A stretch of 52,568 nucleotides of DNA, taken from IMG/VR virus record IMGVR_UViG_3300001765_000049, positions 1-52,568 of that record. One strand, 5' to 3'. The notes below the pieces were generated by a model. The model did not search any database. It was given only the letters and a program-made list of their open reading frames with translations, and was not told the origin of the DNA. Position numbers and translations under genes: made by a program. The stretch is from a virus (lineage: Duplodnaviria > Caudoviricetes). Positions within the stretch are counted from its first letter, which is position 1; each line of letters begins with the position of its first letter. Shown one piece after another: positions 9,884 to 20,101 of this stretch.

Positions 9884-11332
9884 ATGAAAATAGGACGAAT
9901 TGAAAAAGCAATTGAAATTATTAATTATGCAATTCTTAATAATATATCTGTTAAAGAAGCCTCAGTTAAAAATGGATATGCTGACACATACGTAAAAAAT
10001 GTTAAAGCCGATGTCTATGATTTATATGAAAATGGATTATTAAAGAACGAACTCTTTGAATTATTTAAAGAAGCATACGACAAATATGCCACTATAAAAC
10101 ATTCCGACAATAAAGACGATGTAAAAATCGTAAATGAAATTAAAAAAATAGAAGTCCCACAAGAAGAATCCCTAACATTTTATGAAGACAACAATGAAGC
10201 ATTTGTTGAATGGGTTAGCGGTTCAAATTACCCACCAGACCATATAAAAACAGTTCCGGAACTACTTAGAGCAACTGATGTAGACACCAATATCTGGAGA
10301 GTTAAAGACCAACTAGTGAATAAATGGGATATGACAAGTAAAGTAAATGGTTTTCCCGTTACCGTTCAAAATTATCAGGTGAAAGTTCGTTTAGAGAAAA
10401 ATGTTGTTGTTGCCGAAGCAAAATCTGCCAGCGAAATTTTTATTGAAATGACTAAAAATTATCAAGCACCTACAGTACATATTAAACCCCGTGATTTTTT
10501 CACATTTAAAGAAAATAATCTTTTAGAAATTTCAATCTTTGACCTACATATAGGTAAACTTGCATGGGCAGGTGAAACATTCGAAAATTACGATACTAAA
10601 ATTGCACGTACAAGATTTCTTGATGCAGTCGAAACCCTAATTCATAGAGCAGGTGGGTTTCAATTCTCTCGCATATTATTCCCCATTGGAAACGACTTTT
10701 TTAATTCGGACAACATATTTAATACAACTACTAAAGGGACTCAACAAGATGAAGACCTTAGATGGCAAAAGACATATACCGTTGGAGTAAGATTGCTTAT
10801 TGACGCAATTAATTTACTAAAACAAACTGGAGTTCCTGTTGATGTATTGGTTATTCCGGGAAATCATGATTTTGAACGCAGTTTTTATATGGGTGCACAT
10901 TTAGAAGCATGGTTTAATAATGATTCGATGGTAAATGTTAATAACGGTGCATCACCGAGAAAATATTATAGACATGGTGAGGTATTATTAGGTTTCACTC
11001 ACGGTAGTGAAGAAAAAGAAGCATCGCTTCCACTTATTATGGCTACCGATATCGAATCAAAACCTATGTGGAGTGATACAACGTATCATGAATGGCACTT
11101 AGGTCACATTCATAGAAAAAGAAATGTAAAATATACGGTTTTAGATAAAGCCAAAACATTAAATGAAGATTTAGGGGTAACAGTTAGATACCTCTCAAGT
11201 CTTACCGGTACAGAAGAATGGCATCATAAGAAAGGTTTTGTTGGTCAAATTAAAGCAGCTGATGGTTTTATTTGGAATGACAAACTTGGATTATTGGCAC
11301 ATTTAAACTCAAATTTAAAAATAAATCAATAA
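9884..11332 (+). CDS. Calcineurin-like metallophosphoesterase with an N-terminal extension
   Basis: Motifs DLHIG, GNDFFN, GNHD, THG and GHIH. Confidence 0.8.
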   Translation: MKIGRIEKAIEIINYAILNNISVKEASVKNGYADTYVKNVKADVYDLYENGLLKNELFELFKEAYDKYATIKHSDNKDDVKIVNEIKKIEVPQEESLTFYEDNNEAFVEWVSGSNYPPDHIKTVPELLRATDVDTNIWRVKDQLVNKWDMTSKVNGFPVTVQNYQVKVRLEKNVVVAEAKSASEIFIEMTKNYQAPTVHIKPRDFFTFKENNLLEISIFDLHIGKLAWAGETFENYDTKIARTRFLDAVETLIHRAGGFQFSRILFPIGNDFFNSDNIFNTTTKGTQQDEDLRWQKTYTVGVRLLIDAINLLKQTGVPVDVLVIPGNHDFERSFYMGAHLEAWFNNDSMVNVNNGASPRKYYRHGEVLLGFTHGSEEKEASLPLIMATDIESKPMWSDTTYHEWHLGHIHRKRNVKYTVLDKAKTLNEDLGVTVRYLSSLTGTEEWHHKKGFVGQIKAADGFIWNDKLGLLAHLNSNLKINQ

Positions 11333-11335
11333 AAT

Positions 11336-11878
11336 ATGGCAAAAAGTTTAGTTAGTTTAGCGAAGGGGAACAGTAAAAAGGCTGTCGCACAACCCCCAAA
11401 ACCTGTGGTTAAGAAGGTAACAACTCCAGAAGAAGATAGAGATATAAAAGCAAAAGCAACGATTGGAAAACTTCTTCAAGACATCCCCTTAAATGGGAAT
11501 CCGGTTAAGAATGAAGAACTCATGGAACTTGAACCCGAAACGAAGTCAAGTAGTAACAATACTGAATGGCTTCAAGAACAAGTGGCATTATTAGCTAGTG
11601 AAAATGAAAATTTGAAAATTGCTTTAAGTACATCAAAAGATGATTATTCTAAAATTTTGACCGAAATTCAACGTTTAAAGGGAAATGTAACTACTACTGT
11701 TGATGATGGTCAATTAGCCACTAAGATTACTACAGTTTTTCATGAATTGCAATCCAATTATATACAAAACCCAGGATTCACACAATTTGGAACACCTAAT
11801 TTTGTAATTGTGCCCGCAGCTTTCTTAAATCGATTGATTATGTATTTTCCATTCTTACAGAATGAAAAGAGATTCTAG
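11336..11878 (+). CDS. Hypothetical coiled-coil protein
   Basis: 180 aa with a central heptad-like segment. Confidence 0.6.
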   Translation: MAKSLVSLAKGNSKKAVAQPPKPVVKKVTTPEEDRDIKAKATIGKLLQDIPLNGNPVKNEELMELEPETKSSSNNTEWLQEQVALLASENENLKIALSTSKDDYSKILTEIQRLKGNVTTTVDDGQLATKITTVFHELQSNYIQNPGFTQFGTPNFVIVPAAFLNRLIMYFPFLQNEKRF

Positions 11879-11900
11879 TTGATTTTTAGATATTTAACTG

Positions 11901-11936
11901 AAAATTGCTCAAAACGTTTTGTTTTTGAGCAATTTT
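11901..11936 (+). terminator. Inverted repeat/terminator overlapping the upstream part of the primase promoter
   Basis: AAAATTGCTCAAAA-cgttttgt-TTTTGAGCAATTTT. Confidence 0.6.
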
Positions 11937-11940
11937 CTTT

Positions 11941-11948
11941 TACATTTG
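11941..11948 (+). promoter_or_regulatory. Bacteroidota -7 promoter element (TACATTTG)
   Basis: TAnnTTTG ending 4 nt before the primase ATG, which implies a leaderless or near-leaderless mRNA. Confidence 0.45.
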
Positions 11949-11952
11949 TTTC

Positions 11953-13050
11953 ATGATTAGAGGACAAGAATTTCACGCAATTATTGAGAACGTCTTTGGA
12001 GAGGTTAATGGCTTACATACCAGTGAGCAGTTGCAGGTGAATTGTCCACACTGCCAAGAAAGGGAAGGATTACCTTATCCGGATGGTAAGTTTAATTTAG
12101 AAATCAATACTTCCAAACGAATGTTCAGATGTTGGAAGTGTGATGAACCACAATTTAGCGGTTCTCTAGGTAAACTTATTCGTAGATTTGGTAGCAGTAT
12201 TGACTATGACCTATATAAATCATATGCAGATATTTATGGGGCATATTCTGATTATGACGATGAATATGATTATGAGGAAAAAGAAGAAATTGCGGTAAAA
12301 CTTCCAGATGAAATGATATTGTTTTCTCAAATGGAAGGAACTAATAAAGAACATTTTGAAGCATATAATTATTTAATAAATGAAAGAAAAATATCAAGAG
12401 ATATTATTTTAAAATATCGGCTTGGTTTTTGCATTACTGGAAAGTATGCCAAAAGAATTATTGTTCCGTCATACGATAGAAATGGCGAAGTCAATTATTT
12501 TATTGGGAGATATTATGGAGAAGACAAAAAAATTAGAAAGAAATTGCCATATCTTAATCCAAATGCGGATAAAGATAAAATTATTTTTAATGAGGGTCTT
12601 ATAAATTGGGATTCTACTGTATACCTTGTTGAAGGTGGATTTGATATGTTAAGTTTTCCTGTTAACACCATTCCGATGTTAGGGAAAACAATATCGACCA
12701 CATTATTTTATAGACTGAAAGAAATGAAACCAAATGTGGTTGTATTGTTAGACCCTGACGCATATAAAAACGCTATAGAACTTTTTTATAAGTTACATAC
12801 AATTTATGTGGATTGTGAAGAAAGGGTTATGATAGTTAAATTACCCACCAATGATGACATTGATGAACTAAGAAGAAATCAGGGTCACGGTGCTGTTATA
12901 AAAGCATTGTATGGTGCAAGGGGTTTAACTGTCGATGATTACTTTATAAATAAGTTGTGTAAACCCTATGAAAATAATAGAGCAGGAAGATATAGTTCTA
13001 ATTCAAAATATTTTGAATGGAAACCATCAAGCGGAGGAACTATTTTTTGA
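11953..13050 (+). CDS. DNA primase (Zn-binding domain plus TOPRIM)
   Basis: CPHC...CWKC zinc ribbon; RIIVP; TOPRIM motifs VEGGFD, LLDPDA and DIDE. Confidence 0.85.
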   Translation: MIRGQEFHAIIENVFGEVNGLHTSEQLQVNCPHCQEREGLPYPDGKFNLEINTSKRMFRCWKCDEPQFSGSLGKLIRRFGSSIDYDLYKSYADIYGAYSDYDDEYDYEEKEEIAVKLPDEMILFSQMEGTNKEHFEAYNYLINERKISRDIILKYRLGFCITGKYAKRIIVPSYDRNGEVNYFIGRYYGEDKKIRKKLPYLNPNADKDKIIFNEGLINWDSTVYLVEGGFDMLSFPVNTIPMLGKTISTTLFYRLKEMKPNVVVLLDPDAYKNAIELFYKLHTIYVDCEERVMIVKLPTNDDIDELRRNQGHGAVIKALYGARGLTVDDYFINKLCKPYENNRAGRYSSNSKYFEWKPSSGGTIF

Positions 13051-13573
13051 AAAATATAAGAAAATAGTAAAAGACTTTTTAAGAACCAAATTTACCAAAT
13101 ATTCTACTGATGATATTGATGATTGTGTTTCAATAATACTTATCAAAGTATTTTATAGTCTCAATAAATACAATCCGGAAAAATCAAGTGTTAAAACGTG
13201 GGTTCTTACAATTGCGAAACACGTTATGATTGACACGTGGAGAAAAAATTCTACATATTCAGCATCAAGTACAACCCATTCTTCATATGATTATAACGTA
13301 TCTCCTTTTGATAATGTTAGCAATTGCTTGGCATATACTAATACAGGTACGTATTGTTCTTCAAATAGTTTTGAAAATTCTAATGCAATTTCATATCTAT
13401 CCACACAATTATCTCCGACAGATTTCACATTACTCGATATGAAGTATGTACAAGGTTATAATTATAACGAAATTGGAAGTGAGTTTCAAATTAGTAGCAG
13501 TACCGTTAGCAATAAAATTAACTACATAAAAACCAAATTAAAAAAGAACATTCTGGAAGACGTATTTGATTAA
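12968..13573 (+). CDS. ECF-type (group 4) RNA polymerase sigma factor
   Basis: Region 2 (DIDD...IKVFYSLNKYNPEKSSVKTWVLTIAKH) and region 4 HTH (GYNYNEIGSEFQISSSTVSNKI). Overlaps the primase 3' end by 83 nt. Confidence 0.85.
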   Translation: MKIIEQEDIVLIQNILNGNHQAEELFFEKYKKIVKDFLRTKFTKYSTDDIDDCVSIILIKVFYSLNKYNPEKSSVKTWVLTIAKHVMIDTWRKNSTYSASSTTHSSYDYNVSPFDNVSNCLAYTNTGTYCSSNSFENSNAISYLSTQLSPTDFTLLDMKYVQGYNYNEIGSEFQISSSTVSNKINYIKTKLKKNILEDVFD

Positions 13574-13591
13574 ATAATGAAAAATTTGCTT

Positions 13592-13619
13592 TATCTTTGT
13601 CGACTCAAAACGTATTTAT
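13592..13619 (+). promoter_or_regulatory. Tandem promoter elements: TATCTTTG (host type) and GTATTTAT (late type)
   Basis: TATCTTTG at 13592-13599 and GTATTTAT at 13612-13619, upstream of ATG 13635. Confidence 0.5.
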
Positions 13620-13634
13620 TATAAATAATTGTTT

Positions 13635-14891
13635 ATGGGCAATAAAATGCTAGATATTATCCACGAAGAATTCAAAAGATTTGTCGCTGAATCCCAAGAA
13701 GACGGTGAAACTGGTTATTATATAAGCAGTGGTTCTGGTGGTAAAAAATACACTCTTAGATATAAATATTTTGATGATAATGGATATCCTAGAGATAATC
13801 ACGTTGCAACATATGGTCAAGACCTTGAAATAGCTAAAGAACTAGCAAAAAAACAATTAGGGTACGTTCCAAATGTAAAGGTTTCTTCTGTTGGTAAAAT
13901 AACCAAACAATTAACGTATCAGCATATGCCCAATGGTCAATATCAGGGTTCGTTATTCAGCGATGTACCAACACAATATCTTTCATGGTGGGTAGACAAA
14001 TATAAAGACACCCCATCATACCAAAAAATTATTGCTGATATTCTGCCATATCTTGAAGAAAAAACTAGGGAAGAAATTGCCAACTACGATACAATAACAT
14101 TTGGAAAATATAGTGGTACTAAAATGACTGCAATGCCATCTGATTATCTATCATGGCTAATGAAAAATGGTAGTAGTCCTATTATTCGTGGGGCATCTGA
14201 ATTGGAATTACAAAGACGTGGCGAAATTGTTGATGGAAAAACTAAAACCGAACTCGATAGGGAAGAACTTGAGAAAAAAAGGGGCGAACAAAAGGCAGGT
14301 TCTCAATTTGTTGGTAATGTTAGTGAAAAAATCGAACTAGCTGTACAGGTTGTGAATGAGGTTTCTTTTGATAGTCAATGGGGTACAACCTATATCACCA
14401 GATTTTTAGATGAAAATGGAAATTCTATAATTTATAAGGGTAAACAGTTTATTGAAACCCCTACTAAACAAGAAGTGATAACCCATGCTTATGAAATACT
14501 AAATGGAAATATTATCGAAATACCAAATCCATACGAAGGACTAGCTGGAAATGAATTAAAGAAAAGTGTTGGAAAAAATAAAATGTATGAAATGGGTGGT
14601 GAAGATAACCATGATGGCACTATGAGATTTCATACTTGGAACGGAGATTATAGTGAGGAAGGAAAGCAAGTACTTCAAATGGTTAAAGACTTATCCAATG
14701 CTGGAAAACTGCCAAAATCAGATTATGTTGATAAGAATGGAAAATTCTATGACTTCGACTATTCTGAGAAAATTTCTAATTTCCAAAAGGGCGATTGGAT
14801 TCTATTGGCGGCTACGATTTCCGGACAAAATGATTATAAGGGTGAGAAACAAACCATAATACAAAGACCAAAATTTATAAAGAAGCTATAA
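13635..14891 (+). CDS. Mosaic protein: IIHEE-type leader, two DUF3820/ExoX-C-like repeats and an interrupted OB-fold-like domain
   Basis: Repeats MPNGQYQG...VPTQYLSW and ITFGKYSG...MPSDYLSW; C-terminal SQFVG...DENGNSIIYKG // KGDWILLAATI...YKGEKQTIIQRPK. Confidence 0.6.
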   Translation: MGNKMLDIIHEEFKRFVAESQEDGETGYYISSGSGGKKYTLRYKYFDDNGYPRDNHVATYGQDLEIAKELAKKQLGYVPNVKVSSVGKITKQLTYQHMPNGQYQGSLFSDVPTQYLSWWVDKYKDTPSYQKIIADILPYLEEKTREEIANYDTITFGKYSGTKMTAMPSDYLSWLMKNGSSPIIRGASELELQRRGEIVDGKTKTELDREELEKKRGEQKAGSQFVGNVSEKIELAVQVVNEVSFDSQWGTTYITRFLDENGNSIIYKGKQFIETPTKQEVITHAYEILNGNIIEIPNPYEGLAGNELKKSVGKNKMYEMGGEDNHDGTMRFHTWNGDYSEEGKQVLQMVKDLSNAGKLPKSDYVDKNGKFYDFDYSEKISNFQKGDWILLAATISGQNDYKGEKQTIIQRPKFIKKL

Positions 14892-14894
14892 AAG

Positions 14895-14922
14895 AAAAGG
14901 TGTCGAATTCGACACCTTTTTT
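14895..14922. terminator. Bidirectional terminator between convergent genes
   Basis: Perfect 26-bp palindrome AAAAGGTGTCGAATTCGACACCTTTT. Confidence 0.8.
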
Positions 14923-14940
14923 ATTTACGGGACTTCAATA

Positions 14941-15357
14941 TTACTTAATCTCGATTGTTTTCTTTTTTGGATTTTTTTTAGCTTCGAGTTTTGGGAAAAT
15001 TATTGTTAAGATACCATCTGACATTGAGGATGTGATATTTTCAACATCAACATTATCCGGCAATATAAACGACCTTTCATATTTACCGAAATACGTTTGT
15101 TTACGATTGTATTTAATGTCATTGGTTTCTTTACGTTCCGCTTTAATGAGTAGCATATCGTTTTCAATTGTAATGCTAATATTTTCCTTCGGAACGCCAG
15201 CCAATAGCATTTCAACAATATACTCTTTATCGTTTTCAATTACATCGTGAATGGGCGTTTTAGAACCCGATTTATCGACAACTGAGATATCGAAAAACTC
15301 ATTAAATAAAGTATCAAATAATTTGACGGTTGCATAATTAAAACTTGTAGATGACAT
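14941..15357 (-). CDS. Hsp20/alpha-crystallin small heat-shock protein
   Basis: DVIENDKEYIVEMLLAGVPKENISI...YFGKYERSFILPDNVD...DGILTIIFPK. Confidence 0.9.
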   Translation of the reverse strand: MSSTSFNYATVKLFDTLFNEFFDISVVDKSGSKTPIHDVIENDKEYIVEMLLAGVPKENISITIENDMLLIKAERKETNDIKYNRKQTYFGKYERSFILPDNVDVENITSSMSDGILTIIFPKLEAKKNPKKKTIEIK

Positions 15358-15506
15358 AATATAAATTTTTAAATATAGTTATTTTTCTCTACATATATCG
15401 AAAACCGTACCACTCAGTATTTAATGACAACCTGGCAGTATTATTTTAGAATTTTGAATAATTTTGTCAGTTTCTAAAAACCCTTGCATTATATGGTGGT
15501 TTTAGA

Positions 15507-15514
15507 TATATTTG
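15507..15514 (+). promoter_or_regulatory. Bacteroidota -7 promoter element (TATATTTG)
   Basis: TTGC at 15484 plus TATATTTG, upstream of 15546. Confidence 0.6.
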
Positions 15515-15545
15515 TAAAAAATAATTTTATTTAAAAAAATAATGA

Positions 15546-18500
15546 ATGATTTCCAAAATAGCGCACATTGCAGATATCCATATCCGTAAAGCACCGACCC
15601 GTAATGACGAATATGAATTAGTATTTAAGAACCTCATAGAATCGCTAGATGTTGAAAAACCCGATAGAATTGTTATTCCCGGTGATTTGGTTCACGATTA
15701 TCTTGATTTACAGGGCGAACAATTAATACTAGCTTCGAATTTCCTCAATGATTTGAGTAAAATTGCACCGGTTAGAGTAACTAGAGGTAATCATGATTGT
15801 CGTAAAAAGAATCTTAAAAGGGTCGATAGTGTTAAGGCTATTGTAGAAACCCTCCACAATCCAAATGTGTTATACTATGATAAAACTGATGTCATTTATG
15901 ATGAAAATATTGCATGGTTTGTTTGGCATCATGGAGAAAAAAATAATAATCCTTGGAAAACCAAAGAAGGAAAAATATACGAGAAATTAAGAAGTACTTC
16001 AGTAACTAAGGATGAAAATGGTAATTGGAGTGTTCCAGAATACGTTGCTATTGATTTATTCCACGACCCTATCACTGGTTGTAAATCAACAACTGGTTTT
16101 GAAATGAAGAGTAATTCTTATTATAAGATTAGTGAGTTTAAAGGTGATTATTCGTTTTTCGGAGACATACATAAGCATCAATATCTTGATAAAAAGGAAA
16201 CCAAAGCATATTGTGGCTCATTAATAGCACAAGATTTTTCAGAGGGTGATGATAGCTTTCATGGATATATTATGTGGGATATTAGTGAAGGATGGCATAA
16301 AGACGTACCGATTCACAACGACTATTCATTTAAAAATGTTAGAATAACACCATTTACAGACTTTGATGATTTGGATATTGATATTGAAAATCCAACCAAA
16401 TTCATGAAGGTAAGATTTGTTTGGGGCACACTACCGCAAACAAGGAATAAAGATAGTGAAAGGAAATTAGCAGAATACTTTAAATCTAAATATGGTAAAA
16501 TAGTTATTTCACATAAAAACGAGTTCATCGAAAGTGAAAAAATTGATGTGAACGAAAATATTACATTGGAAAACATTACCGATTCTGCGGTTCAGCAAGA
16601 AATATTTAAGGAATATTTAGAAAAAATTGGGACTAACGAACAACTCATTAAAGATATTATTTTACTTGATGAAGAAATTAGTGCAGGATTAGTACTTGAC
16701 GACATATCAAATATCGAATGGAACATCATTAAATTTGGTGGTCGCAATTTCATGTCATATGAGCAGCTCGATATAGATTGGCGTGATATGGATGGTTTAT
16801 TTCAAATAAGTGGTGTTAATACTGCCGGAAAAACAACCATCATGAAGATAATTACATATATTTTATTTGGGAATACTTTAGAAACTGAAAGTAGAATGAA
16901 ATATGGTGATAAACGTTTTATTAATAATAGAAACGGTGCAAGTTTTTGTGATGCGTATCTCGTACTTGAAGCCAATGGAGAATACTATGGTATTAAGAAA
17001 AAAACTGAAATTAGTAAGACTAAAGCCGGAGAAATTAATGGCGCACCAACAACTTTAAGTCATTACCTTTTAAGCAGTCCTGATGAAGAAATGAGTGATA
17101 GTAATTCGTTTGAGAAACTAGATGAAGACAGACGTGAGAAAACACAACGAAAAATTAATTCAATTATTGGAAGTTATGATAATTTCATGAGGATTGTAAT
17201 GACTACCTCAGATACACTAAACCGTATTCTATCCAATGATATGGCTGTTTTTATTGACTCACTACTCTACGATAGTGGATTGGATATTTTCGATAAGAAA
17301 CTCGATGGTCTAAAAGAATATCAGAAGAAAGCCAATGAATTGAATCGAGTTACTTGTAATGTGGAAAAAACCACAAGCGATATTAATGCGTTAACCCAAG
17401 GGATAACAACGCTTCAAATCGATATTGCTACATATGAAAATACAATTCTTCCGGAAGTTCAAAATAAAATTCAAACCGGTAGAACTTATGTGGAAACCTT
17501 AACTAAGAAATTATTCAAAATAGACCCCGAAATCTACGATTTGAACGTAGCTGATGTTAAAGATGATATTGGTACTCACCAAGTAGCCATAACTGAAATA
17601 AAGGCACGTGAGACGGTTTTAAAGGATAGTATTAAACCATTGAAGAAAATATATGACGACAAGAGATTAAAAGAGTTAATCGATAAAAGAGATTCACATA
17701 AAACTGAAGAATATAATCACAAACTATCGATTAAAGAATGGGAACGAAAATATGGCGAAACCGAACATCAGGTTGAAATAATTAATGGTCAAATTTTTAG
17801 ATTAAAACAAGACGGTGCTAAATTAAAGAAGGAAATTACCGATTTAAAAAATAGTAAAGTCTGTACTCAGTGTGGGCAAGTAATTGATAAAAAGGAACAT
17901 CAGGACCATATTAATAAAACGGTTATTGAAAAAGAAACTGAAATGTATGGCATTGGTGACCAAATAAGCAAATTAAATTTAGACATTACTTCAACTCATA
18001 ATGTTACTTTAGTATCATATACTACCGAAATCGGCACAATTAAAGAAAGAATTGAAGCAGCTTCACTTGAAATGGAAGGCGTTTTAAAAGAAATTGGTGT
18101 AATTACAAACGATAAGAATGATGTTGATAAGCGTAAAGAACTTCAGACTGAATTAGATAATATTCCAATGAAAATTCAAAATGAAGAATTGCAAATAACA
18201 ATACTTCAACAAAAAATTGATAGCTACGATAATAGTATTAAACAAATTATTGAAAATCAGAAAATTGAGAAGGGTATAGTTGCCGCCAAAGAAAAAATTC
18301 TTATATTGGAGGATAGTGAACAAAAACATAAAGAATTAATTTTTGGTAAAAAGAGCGAAATAGTTGAATATGAAAAAGCTATAAGACATGGTGAAGCATT
18401 AATCAAAGCATTTAAAGAACAGGAATATCGTGATAGCGTTATGAATCTTTATAAAAAATGTGTTCATAGGGATGGTATTCCAAGGCAGATATTAGTTAAT

Positions 18501-18914
18501 TACATTATTCCAAAAATTAATTTAACCTTAGAGAAAATATTATCAGTTGTCCCATTTAAAGTTTGGCTGGATTTAGATGATTTGAGACCGAAGCTAATCT
18601 ATAATAATAGACCACAATCTGTTATTGATTGTATTAGTGCTAGTGGAAAAGAAAGAACATTCTCCAGTGTGGTACTAAAATTTGCACTTAATCAAATAAA
18701 TGTGAAAGCAAAACCAACGATGTTCTTACTTGATGAAGTAATGGGAAAATTGGATTTGGAAGGCAGTGTGGAAGAATTCGTTGAAATATTACAAATGATA
18801 AAGGGTGGTATGAAGAAAGTTTTGGTTATTGAACAAGTCCATGAAATTAATCCTGACTATCTTATCAATGTCGAATTAGATGAAAATGGAATTTCATCAA
18901 TGGTTATAGAATAA
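15546..18914 (+). CDS. Fused SbcD/Mre11 nuclease and SbcC/Rad50 ATPase (T4 gp47-gp46-like)
   Basis: N-terminal DIH, GD, GNHD and GDIH; Walker A GVNTAGKTT; zinc hook CTQC within the coiled coil; signature ASGKE; Walker B FLLDE. Confidence 0.9.
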   Translation: MISKIAHIADIHIRKAPTRNDEYELVFKNLIESLDVEKPDRIVIPGDLVHDYLDLQGEQLILASNFLNDLSKIAPVRVTRGNHDCRKKNLKRVDSVKAIVETLHNPNVLYYDKTDVIYDENIAWFVWHHGEKNNNPWKTKEGKIYEKLRSTSVTKDENGNWSVPEYVAIDLFHDPITGCKSTTGFEMKSNSYYKISEFKGDYSFFGDIHKHQYLDKKETKAYCGSLIAQDFSEGDDSFHGYIMWDISEGWHKDVPIHNDYSFKNVRITPFTDFDDLDIDIENPTKFMKVRFVWGTLPQTRNKDSERKLAEYFKSKYGKIVISHKNEFIESEKIDVNENITLENITDSAVQQEIFKEYLEKIGTNEQLIKDIILLDEEISAGLVLDDISNIEWNIIKFGGRNFMSYEQLDIDWRDMDGLFQISGVNTAGKTTIMKIITYILFGNTLETESRMKYGDKRFINNRNGASFCDAYLVLEANGEYYGIKKKTEISKTKAGEINGAPTTLSHYLLSSPDEEMSDSNSFEKLDEDRREKTQRKINSIIGSYDNFMRIVMTTSDTLNRILSNDMAVFIDSLLYDSGLDIFDKKLDGLKEYQKKANELNRVTCNVEKTTSDINALTQGITTLQIDIATYENTILPEVQNKIQTGRTYVETLTKKLFKIDPEIYDLNVADVKDDIGTHQVAITEIKARETVLKDSIKPLKKIYDDKRLKELIDKRDSHKTEEYNHKLSIKEWERKYGETEHQVEIINGQIFRLKQDGAKLKKEITDLKNSKVCTQCGQVIDKKEHQDHINKTVIEKETEMYGIGDQISKLNLDITSTHNVTLVSYTTEIGTIKERIEAASLEMEGVLKEIGVITNDKNDVDKRKELQTELDNIPMKIQNEELQITILQQKIDSYDNSIKQIIENQKIEKGIVAAKEKILILEDSEQKHKELIFGKKSEIVEYEKAIRHGEALIKAFKEQEYRDSVMNLYKKCVHRDGIPRQILVNYIIPKINLTLEKILSVVPFKVWLDLDDLRPKLIYNNRPQSVIDCISASGKERTFSSVVLKFALNQINVKAKPTMFLLDEVMGKLDLEGSVEEFVEILQMIKGGMKKVLVIEQVHEINPDYLINVELDENGISSMVIE

Positions 18915-18948
18915 ATTTATAACTATTTATGTGTAAATATTGAATACT

Positions 18949-20100
18949 ATGGATTTAAAAGAATACGACAAATTACGACAGAAGATAAGCGTTAAGGACT
19001 TTGAGGGCAACAATAAGGGATTGGATAAATGGCTATATGGGTTCTCCTTTGTAGGAAACATCGGTTCAATATTTTTTGCATATTTTCTAGTATTTCCAGC
19101 ATTACTAAGAGCAATATCAATTAATTTGGTTGATGGTTTTTTGGGAACGGCACTAGCATTTTTATTTACAAATACATTTTTGATTATTTTCGAAATTATT
19201 AAAAGGTACTTAATTAAAAATTTCTCAAGCGATTATGTTGCAAATAATAAGAAATTAAGTCCGGCAATTTTTGGTTGGTTTGCATTTGCATCGGCAATCG
19301 TTCTATTAAGTTTTTATCTATCTGTTGTTGGGTCAAAAAATCTTGCAACCACAAGCACAGTTAAAAATGAAATTGCTGTAACGCAAGTCGATGTTAAAAA
19401 AGACAGTCTTTCAGTAATTTATGAAAGAAAAAAAATGATATATGAGAATGATAATCAGTCATTAAGAAACGTTAATAATGAATTGCGTAATACTTTGGCA
19501 CAAACTCCAATCAACTATGTAAGTGCTAGGAAAGATTATCAAACAAGTATTGATAAAAATAGTGAATCGATTGAAAATAACCAGAATGAAATTTCTAAGA
19601 TTGATGAACAGCTTAAATTAAGAATTAACGAATTAAAATTAAAACTTAGCGACACTAAATCCGGAAATGCAACTGAAGATACGAAAAATATTATACTATT
19701 TGTTATTATAGCAATTTTTGTTGAAGTAATGATTATTGGTGGAGTTTACTTCAGGGAATGGTTCGAGTATAATTTATTTCTTATCAATCAGCAGAAATTC
19801 GATAAAATTTATTTGAGAAAAGATAGATACAAATCATTGCTGATGTTCGTATATAATGGCGGTAAGTCACTTCCTGGAGATAAGGTCATTAGTGGATTAG
19901 ATTTAAAGGCAATCGTTGCTGAAAAAACAACAATTCCAAATTCAAATAAATTTGTTGAAGAGTTCTTGCATGATATGGATAGTTTAGGTATATTTACAAC
20001 AACTGGTAAAAGAAGACTAATTGCTTCAACATATAATGAAGCGGTCACTATTATTGAAAATTATGATGATGCATTCAGAGTACTTGAAAATATGAAATAA
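18949..20100 (+). CDS. Multi-pass membrane protein with a large coiled-coil domain
   Basis: Three N-terminal hydrophobic helices, a coiled coil, then a fourth helix (IILFVIIAIFVEVMIIGGVYF). Preceded by CTATTTAT at 18923. Confidence 0.7.
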   Translation: MDLKEYDKLRQKISVKDFEGNNKGLDKWLYGFSFVGNIGSIFFAYFLVFPALLRAISINLVDGFLGTALAFLFTNTFLIIFEIIKRYLIKNFSSDYVANNKKLSPAIFGWFAFASAIVLLSFYLSVVGSKNLATTSTVKNEIAVTQVDVKKDSLSVIYERKKMIYENDNQSLRNVNNELRNTLAQTPINYVSARKDYQTSIDKNSESIENNQNEISKIDEQLKLRINELKLKLSDTKSGNATEDTKNIILFVIIAIFVEVMIIGGVYFREWFEYNLFLINQQKFDKIYLRKDRYKSLLMFVYNGGKSLPGDKVISGLDLKAIVAEKTTIPNSNKFVEEFLHDMDSLGIFTTTGKRRLIASTYNEAVTIIENYDDAFRVLENMK

Positions 20101-20101
20101 T

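Noticed and set aside
14895-14920. Perfect 26-bp palindrome as an operator or recombination site
   Set aside because: Its position between convergent stop codons and its A/T tails are fully explained by a bidirectional terminator.
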